Below are positions 58,429-64,000 of a DNA stretch of 64,000 nt, piece by piece. Each line of letters opens with the position of its first letter. Position 1 is the stretch's first letter. The stretch comes from a virus, in IMG/VR virus record IMGVR_UViG_3300034198_015460, positions 17,136 to 81,135 of that record. One strand, written 5' to 3'. The notes under the pieces were generated by a model. It had not been told where the DNA came from, made no database searches, and saw only the letters and a program-made list of their open reading frames with translations. A program made the position numbers and the translations under genes.

Positions 58429-59384
58429 GCGGCTTCTGCCATCTCCACCGCCAATTCCAAAGCCTTAGTCTTAAGACCCTTGTTATAACCATACCAAGAA
58501 GAAGTAAGACGAGTATCAGCAGAACGCCCAGCGAGATGATCCGTAAGATACGTAACAGCGTTGAACGGTTGCCACCAGGTTCCCTGGGCGAACTCGGATC
58601 CAGGCTGGGTCTCAAGGATATCAAGAGCCATCTTTGCGTTCTTTGAGATTTCCTTGGTCTTGGTTTCATTAGCGCCAGAAACGGGGAAGATGCGCTTGAA
58701 GTAGTCAACAACATTTTCGCCAGTAGCACGCTTAGACCCAAGAAACTGAGCCATTTCCTTATACTTGGAAAGCTTGTCTGTGGCGATTCCAAGCATATCC
58801 TTAACGTTGTCGGGATTAAACTCGCGACGATGAGAAATCTTCGCCATCCGTTCAACCTTGGAATTCAAGGAAAGAGTCAGAGTATTGTTACATACCACAC
58901 GGATCGGCGTGAACCGAACGTCGGTGGAGAAGCCATACTTATGGAAGTTAGAAAAAAGCAAATAAGAGTCGATCCGATCGCCTTTGAAAAGCTCAAAGGA
59001 TTCCTTGATCTTAGCCAACCCCCAGACGATCTGGCCGTCACGAAGAGAACCAGCAGTATGCATCTCCATATCGCCAGCAGTCACATACTCATTGAAGAAA
59101 TCAAAGGCATCTGCATTCTGCACAGGATTCCAGTCGTCAGAAACGACATCAAGAATTTTGTCGTCCATAGAACGAACAAGAGCAGACTGGCCGATCCGAA
59201 CCTGCTTTCCACCGACTTCGGCGTAAGCAGGAATCTTTTCGACTTCCCAATTCAGACCAGCCGCCTCGAGCATCTGCTCGGGAGTCAGGTCGGAGGGAAC
59301 CTTCGTCCCCAGGCCATGCCAAGGAACATCGCCAGCGTAAGCCATCTGAGCCTTGCCATTGATCGTTTCAATCATATGAGCCAT
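58425..59384 (-). CDS. DUF932/DUF945-family phage/plasmid protein
   Basis: MAYAGDVPWHGLG..AAGLNWEV..PVQNADAF..TAGSL..FTPIRVVCNNTL..GTWWQPFNAVT. Confidence 0.88.
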   Translation of the reverse strand: MAHMIETINGKAQMAYAGDVPWHGLGTKVPSDLTPEQMLEAAGLNWEVEKIPAYAEVGGKQVRIGQSALVRSMDDKILDVVSDDWNPVQNADAFDFFNEYVTAGDMEMHTAGSLRDGQIVWGLAKIKESFELFKGDRIDSYLLFSNFHKYGFSTDVRFTPIRVVCNNTLTLSLNSKVERMAKISHRREFNPDNVKDMLGIATDKLSKYKEMAQFLGSKRATGENVVDYFKRIFPVSGANETKTKEISKNAKMALDILETQPGSEFAQGTWWQPFNAVTYLTDHLAGRSADTRLTSSWYGYNKGLKTKALELAVEMAEAA

Positions 59385-59436
59385 TTTTTTATCCTTCACA
59401 TTTGTCAGAGGACCATCCCCCAACCATCATGTAGAT

Positions 59437-59465
59437 AGTATACTTGTTTTAAACTACAAAGTCAA
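59437..59465 (-). promoter_or_regulatory. sigma70-like early promoter
   Basis: TTGACT-N17-TATACT with upstream A-tracts. Confidence 0.8.
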
Positions 59466-59484
59466 CACTTTTTTTCAAAAAAAT

Positions 59485-59640
59485 TCAAGAATTTTCTTTG
59501 ATGGCTTTTTCTGCCGCTTTTTCAAGCGTATGAAGAATACCAATCTTTGCGAAAGCGACCATTGTCTCGTTATCCATATCAATAATCATTTTCGCAGAAC
59601 CATCTTCTTGATCTACAATTTCAACGACGTCAAACTTCAT
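59485..59640 (-). CDS. Small hypothetical protein (51 aa)
   Basis: Manual translation MKFDVVEIVDQEDGSAKMIIDMDNETMVAFAKIGILHTLEKAAEKAIKENS. Confidence 0.6.
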   Translation of the reverse strand: MKFDVVEIVDQEDGSAKMIIDMDNETMVAFAKIGILHTLEKAAEKAIKENS

Positions 59641-59832
59641 TTATTCATCTCTTTCCATAGTTGCAGCTTCTTTGACCAACTCAAGAAGATCAAGAAGATT
59701 TTCCGCCATAATTTTCGCCCTGGCCCATTCATCGTCAGATTTTTTACCAGTAATTTCCAGCATAAAACCGTTATCATAACGATAGATTGAAAAATTGTCG
59801 TCTACTTTGTTTAGCTTTTCAGAAATTTTCAT
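59641..59832 (-). CDS. Small hypothetical protein
   Basis: MKISEKLNKVDDNFSIYRYDNGFMLEITG..; tight gene packing. Confidence 0.65.
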   Translation of the reverse strand: MKISEKLNKVDDNFSIYRYDNGFMLEITGKKSDDEWARAKIMAENLLDLLELVKEAATMERDE

Positions 59833-59848
59833 TCTTTTACCTTTCATA

Positions 59849-60847
59849 TTAGAAACTCGCTCTTGCAATATATTCAAACGCAGCGCCAAGAAAAGCAGCA
59901 GCAGGAATTGTGAGAATCCAAGCTACAACAATCTCTTGTGCTTTTTTCCATTTTACTTTGGGGTCTGCTTGACTTGCGCCAACGCCCAAAATAGAACCAG
60001 TAATTGTATGTGTCGTGCTCACAGGAATTCCTAATGAGGAAGCCACAAACAACATTGTACCACCACCGACCTCTGCTGTCAATCCATTTTTTGGCTCTAG
60101 ATGAGTCAATTTAAACCCAAGTGTTTGTACAATTCTCCAACCACCAGCCAGTGTACCAAGACCCATTGCAATAAAGCTAGCATAAATTGCCCAAATAGGA
60201 ATAGCCGAACTTGTTGTAAGTACATTACCAGCAATAAGAATTAACCAAATAATACCTGCTGTTTTTTGTGCATCATTAGCGCCATGACCCATAGAATAAA
60301 ATGCACACGAAACAATTTGTCCATATTTAAAATATTTTTGTTGTGTTGGAGTTTCTGTAGGAAATACATTACGCATAATTGTATTGAGACCAGCACCAAG
60401 AATAAAGCCAATACAAGGAGAGGCGACAATAAAAATTAATGTTTTTGAGAGACCTTCCCAAAGAAGAATTGACATACCTGATTTAGCAACAGCAGCACCG
60501 ACTAAACCGCCAATAAGAGCATGACTTGAGCTTGTTGGAAGACCAAAATACCATGTAATAATATTCCATGATATAGCTCCTGACAGAGCACCAAAAAGTA
60601 CATAAAGATCAACAGCAGAAGGGTTCACAATTCCTTTACCAATAGTCGCAGCAACAGTAAAGGTAATAAAAAACACCACGATAAAATTACTGGCGGCTGC
60701 TAGTGCGACCGCCTGTTTCGGAGTTAAGGTTTTTGTTGCAACAACAGTAGCAATAGAATTCGCTGCATCATGAAATCCATTTGTGAAATCAAAAATAAGT
60801 GCAAGGATAATCAATCCAATAACAGTAATAATTCCAGTTTCAATCAT
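59849..60847 (-). CDS. pit: Inorganic phosphate transporter, PiT/PHO4 family
   Basis: Two signature motifs GFHDAANSIAT and HGANDAQK; GLPTSSSHALIGG; GIPVSTTH. Confidence 0.95.
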   Translation of the reverse strand: MIETGIITVIGLIILALIFDFTNGFHDAANSIATVVATKTLTPKQAVALAAASNFIVVFFITFTVAATIGKGIVNPSAVDLYVLFGALSGAISWNIITWYFGLPTSSSHALIGGLVGAAVAKSGMSILLWEGLSKTLIFIVASPCIGFILGAGLNTIMRNVFPTETPTQQKYFKYGQIVSCAFYSMGHGANDAQKTAGIIWLILIAGNVLTTSSAIPIWAIYASFIAMGLGTLAGGWRIVQTLGFKLTHLEPKNGLTAEVGGGTMLFVASSLGIPVSTTHTITGSILGVGASQADPKVKWKKAQEIVVAWILTIPAAAFLGAAFEYIARASF

Positions 60848-60853
60848 AATTTA

Positions 60854-60994
60854 TTATCTCTTTTTTACTTTAAAAGTATTTTTAAAAGTTTGAACTTTTT
60901 TCCAAGAAGAGTTTGCGGTTCGAATACAGAATGTAACTCCAGTTTTTCTTTGGATAAGCTTACCAGCTCCTGCTCTGATTTTCTTTCTGGCCAT
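60854..60994 (-). CDS. Very basic 46-aa peptide
   Basis: Manual translation MARKKIRAGAGKLIQRKTGVTFCIRTANSSWKKVQTFKNTFKVKKR; TAATG overlap with the upstream gene. Confidence 0.55.
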   Translation of the reverse strand: MARKKIRAGAGKLIQRKTGVTFCIRTANSSWKKVQTFKNTFKVKKR

Positions 60995-61194
60995 TACTGG
61001 CTAGAAAATTTATCTGTAAGCGTTGAACGGAAACACTCAGCAACAAATTCTTTTGTTGAGTCTTGACTACCAAGAATTCCTGAATTTACAAGATCTTTTG
61101 ATACTTCACAATCTTTTTGATTGAGTGTTGTCAAAACAGCTTGAGGTACATAGTTATTAGGAGCAACAACTAGCCAAATAATCATATACCACAT
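60994..61194 (-). CDS. Small hypothetical protein with hydrophobic N-terminus and two Cys
   Basis: MWYMIIWLVV..C..C; tight gene packing. Confidence 0.55.
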   Translation of the reverse strand: MWYMIIWLVVAPNNYVPQAVLTTLNQKDCEVSKDLVNSGILGSQDSTKEFVAECFRSTLTDKFSSQ

Positions 61195-61195
61195 A

Positions 61196-61588
61196 TTACT
61201 TCCAATCTCTTACAATGTTTTTATAACCAGCGGGGTTTGGATGAACCTTATCTGGTCCAACATATGGTTTCACTTCAAGAACATTATCACCAAATGATTT
61301 TGCAACTTTCTTTGCTGCCTCATTAGCTTTTTGATTATTTGCACTTAGAAGCCAAGTTACTTTACCAGTGATACGCTTACGCATAGTTGTCATATTCTGT
61401 TCTGAATTGACATTAGCACCATCATTAGAGCCAATACTAATTAACACACGATTAGCCTTGACATCTTTTGTATAATTTTTTGCATAGGTCTGAGAAGAAA
61501 TATTACCAATTGCAATTCTCTGACATTGAGGAATATTTCGGCTTACTCCAACAGCGATACTATCGCCAACAATAGCACATTCTAGCAT
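61196..61588 (-). CDS. Minimal SGNH/GDSL hydrolase-like protein
   Basis: VGDSIAVG (block I), ISIGSND (block III), DKVHP..GY (block V). Confidence 0.82.
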   Translation of the reverse strand: MLECAIVGDSIAVGVSRNIPQCQRIAIGNISSQTYAKNYTKDVKANRVLISIGSNDGANVNSEQNMTTMRKRITGKVTWLLSANNQKANEAAKKVAKSFGDNVLEVKPYVGPDKVHPNPAGYKNIVRDWK

Positions 61589-62149
61589 TTATTTTTTTCC
61601 TTTTTTTGAGATAAGTTTGGATGCAACCTTTTCAATTGAAATTGAAGCAGCAGAAGAAACATTAAGAGAGCGCATAACTCCATATTGAGGAATTGAATAA
61701 ACAACAGCGTCTTTTAGATATTCGGATGGAACACCATTTGATTCATTGCCAAAAATGAGACAGGGCTTCTTACCTCTATAGGGAAGAACGCTGATTTCAT
61801 CAATTGGATAACCACCTTGTTCAATAAACACAGAATAATATCCTTGATTCCAGAGATACTCATCCAGTTCTTGTGGATTTGGTGTTCTATCAAGAAAATC
61901 AATAGGAATATAGTTCTGTGATCCAACGCATGAACGACGATCAAATCTATGTTCACCAATAACAAAAAACTTTTCGGCAGAGAAACAACAAGCAGTTCTT
62001 AGAATAACACCGGTATTGAGAGAACCTTTAACATTAAAACAAGCAACAGAGAAAGGTAGTGCTGTGTTTTTATATAGTGTAACAAGATCAGAGAAATTCC
62101 ATGTCTTGTATTCATCAATAACATTAAAAGATTCACATGTTTCCGACAT
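61589..62149 (-). CDS. SpoU/TrmH-family RNA 2'-O-methyltransferase
   Basis: NTGVILRTA (motif 1), LIFGNESNGV (motif 2), IPQYGVMRSLNVSSAA (motif 3). Confidence 0.92.
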   Translation of the reverse strand: MSETCESFNVIDEYKTWNFSDLVTLYKNTALPFSVACFNVKGSLNTGVILRTACCFSAEKFFVIGEHRFDRRSCVGSQNYIPIDFLDRTPNPQELDEYLWNQGYYSVFIEQGGYPIDEISVLPYRGKKPCLIFGNESNGVPSEYLKDAVVYSIPQYGVMRSLNVSSAASISIEKVASKLISKKGKK

Positions 62150-62151
62150 TA

Positions 62152-62391
62152 TTAATAATCCAATTCGTAGTATGCATCAACAACCGTACGTAGACTAGTC
62201 TCGAGATTTTGATAAATCTCTTTATCCATAATCCCACAAAGAACCATATGATATTCAGCTTCGATTAGTTCTTCTTTACACATAGTAATATATTCACTTC
62301 TGTTTTCTGGTTCAATAATCATATTAGGTGATTTTAGTTCTTTCAACAATCTATTGTGTTGAAAATTGACTTCAACGACATTATCGTTCAT
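62152..62391 (-). CDS. Hypothetical protein
   Basis: GGAG SD; MNDNVVEVNF.. Confidence 0.6.
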   Translation of the reverse strand: MNDNVVEVNFQHNRLLKELKSPNMIIEPENRSEYITMCKEELIEAEYHMVLCGIMDKEIYQNLETSLRTVVDAYYELDY

Positions 62392-62435
62392 ATTTATCAC
62401 TCCACAATATCAAAATGACCATAGCGATCAAATCG

Positions 62436-62597
62436 CTATTCTTCTGTCAAAGTCATATGAGGTTTTAGATCAAGGAACAAATTTCTGAGATGTTTCTCCA
62501 TTTGTTCAATTCGATCTGCGACTTCATTAAGTTTTTGTTCTGAATGTTTGTATGACATTTTTCTTAGAAAATCACATTCGCGATTAATATAACTCAT
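62436..62597 (-). CDS. Small hypothetical protein (53 aa)
   Basis: Manual translation MSYINRECDFLRKMSY..ADRIEQMEK..; AGGAGG SD. Confidence 0.55.
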   Translation of the reverse strand: MSYINRECDFLRKMSYKHSEQKLNEVADRIEQMEKHLRNLFLDLKPHMTLTEE

Positions 62598-62605
62598 TAT
62601 TCCTC

Positions 62606-63019
62606 CTAGAGTGTATCGTATCCACCATCATCACAAGAAAATACACATTTACGAATATCAAAGGTTGCAATCGCCCTCATACATCCAACACATGGCCTAG
62701 ACAGCCCAAAGATAAAGTTTCTATTCTCCATATCATATTTGGCTCTGCAGATATAAAGCGTACACTTGCTGAGATCGTCTTTATCAAGATGCTTCAAAGC
62801 GTTCTTGATAGCATCGGTTTCTGCATGAAGAAAGATAGACTTGGAATTTTTACTGAATCGATTCTGAAATGGATGAGATTTCATCTGATTGGTACCAAAT
62901 GAAATGATCTCATTCCTATAGACAACGGCTGCAGCAATTCTCGCACTTGCAATAGGAGCAACGTCCTGTGCAAGCTTGAAGAGAATTCCAAGATACTTCT
63001 GATGTTTCACATTATTCAT
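62606..63019 (-). CDS. Zn-dependent cytidine/dCMP/TadA-superfamily deaminase
   Basis: HAE and PCVGC motifs. Confidence 0.88.
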   Translation of the reverse strand: MNNVKHQKYLGILFKLAQDVAPIASARIAAAVVYRNEIISFGTNQMKSHPFQNRFSKNSKSIFLHAETDAIKNALKHLDKDDLSKCTLYICRAKYDMENRNFIFGLSRPCVGCMRAIATFDIRKCVFSCDDGGYDTL

Positions 63020-63025
63020 AGTATA

Positions 63026-63054
63026 ATTATACTACTACTTCATAGAGAAGTAAA
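63026..63054 (-). promoter_or_regulatory. sigma70-like promoter, near-leaderless upstream of the deaminase
   Basis: TTTACT-N17-TATAAT, with the -10 only 6 nt before ATG 63019. Confidence 0.7.
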
Positions 63055-63065
63055 GGGTTTTGTTG

Positions 63066-63614
63066 TTATGATCCAAAAAGCCAAATGCCCTGAGACATTA
63101 GAATAAGACCAACACCGAATACGCCAAACGATGACCAGAACAGAGCCATAGACACTGATAGTATAGAGGCAGAGAGTAGAACGATACTGAGCTGGAATGC
63201 TGTTGATGCATAGCTGATCCATGGACTACGTTGTTTGGCAATATCTCTCTCGTGTTCCAGTTTCTTCGCTGCTGCAAACAGTTCTTTCTTACCTTCGCCA
63301 GTTTCTGGTTCTGACTCATATCTCGCAATGAGAGCAGCATGCTTGATCGGATCATCTACCTGATAAATGGTTTGTTTGATGCTCTTGGCCTGATAGAAGT
63401 TCCAGATATCGTTTGCTTTGATCGTGTTGTTCAATACTGTACTGGATAATGAACCGGCAATGTATGTGTTAAATGCAAGGAATGCAGCAAAGACATTAAT
63501 GACAAGACCTGCCTTGTCTTTGATCTTAGCTTCTCGTTCACTCCTAGAACCAGTCGGTGTTCCTTTTGGTTGCTTGTATATTAACTTTAGAATATTGTCT
63601 ATTAACGATCCCAT
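63066..63614 (-). CDS. DUF4337-like membrane protein
   Basis: NDIWNFYQAKSIKQ..AKKLEHERD..FQLSIVLLS; three TM segments. Confidence 0.75.
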   Translation of the reverse strand: MGSLIDNILKLIYKQPKGTPTGSRSEREAKIKDKAGLVINVFAAFLAFNTYIAGSLSSTVLNNTIKANDIWNFYQAKSIKQTIYQVDDPIKHAALIARYESEPETGEGKKELFAAAKKLEHERDIAKQRSPWISYASTAFQLSIVLLSASILSVSMALFWSSFGVFGVGLILMSQGIWLFGS

Positions 63615-63670
63615 ATTGGTCTGCTCCTATAGAATACATGACCAATAAATCCAATCTCACAAAATAAAAA

Positions 63671-63856
63671 TTATTTATATTCCTTTACCCATATATGTTC
63701 TTGTAGAAGAAAGTCGTATATGTAGATGGTGTCGTATGTATCATAATCGCTCAGAGCAGATATCTTTGCATCGTTGATGGAATTGGTGCAATCTACCATA
63801 TCAAACATACCACCTTTTGGAGAATCTCTGTTGTATGAGAAAATACCATAGCGCAT
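63671..63856 (-). CDS. Small hypothetical protein
   Basis: MRYGIFSYNRDSPKGGMFD..; the upstream part of the track ORF is repeat-derived. Confidence 0.5.
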   Translation of the reverse strand: MRYGIFSYNRDSPKGGMFDMVDCTNSINDAKISALSDYDTYDTIYIYDFLLQEHIWVKEYK

Positions 63857-63955
63857 TGTTTTTTCCTGGATGAACCTTTGGAGGCTTTTTTGCGTGCGAA
63901 AAAATTTTTGAAACACGTTTTTTGAAAACACGTTTAGAATAAGGGGGGGGGGTTC

Positions 63956-64000
63956 TTCGCACTTTTTCGCACTTTTTCGCACTTTTTCGCACTTTTTCGC
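63956..64000. repeat. 10-bp tandem repeat (ACTTTTTCGC)n running off the window end
   Basis: Four exact copies at 63961-64000 plus a partial copy; G10 run at 63943-63952. Confidence 0.9.

Noticed and set aside
58188-59438. Long alternative-frame and antisense ORFs over DUF932
   Set aside because: Explained by locally high GC; they have no recognisable motifs or SD.
60854-60994. Phage-encoded ribosomal protein (bL33/bS21-like)
   Set aside because: Similar in size and charge only; the family motifs could not be matched.
63857-63992. MRKSAKKCE.. ORF starts
   Set aside because: Translation of the decamer repeat and G run, not credible coding sequence.
63956-64000. CRISPR array
   Set aside because: These are contiguous 10-bp repeats with no spacers, and no cas genes are present.
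1-64000. Genome-wide stop-codon reassignment
   Set aside because: Core genes are intact in the standard code, and TAA, TAG and TGA all end genes at expected positions.

Overview
AT-rich segment of a large T4-like myophage genome, read almost entirely on the minus strand. It holds the late morphogenesis region: uvsW/uvsY, gp3, head genes gp23-22-21-67-20, tail gp19-18, terminase gp17-16, neck gp15-14-13, a holin and GH19 endolysin pair, a 10 kb tail-fibre/adhesin cassette, and baseplate genes gp8/9/7/6/25/5/27/53/48. A plus-strand block follows (gp4-2-54-26-51 and a tape-measure-like muralytic protein), then gp32-59-33, two tRNAs and early accessory genes (DUF932, Pit phosphate transporter, SGNH hydrolase, SpoU methyltransferase, Zn deaminase, DUF4337). 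Main unusual features: (1) terL is fractured into two ORFs carrying an atypically split intein (35-aa IntN, 112-aa IntC) with a GIY-YIG endonuclease between them; (2) a tRNA with a UAU anticodon and a long class II variable arm; (3) gp5 appears encoded as three ORFs; (4) gp14 can only start at ATC; (5) an A9 run that may cause a -1 frameshift in a head gene; (6) two triads of paralogous fibre/adhesin genes; (7) hairpin plus late-promoter gating upstream of all three homing endonucleases. All calls come from motif recognition and gene order; no database searches were run.
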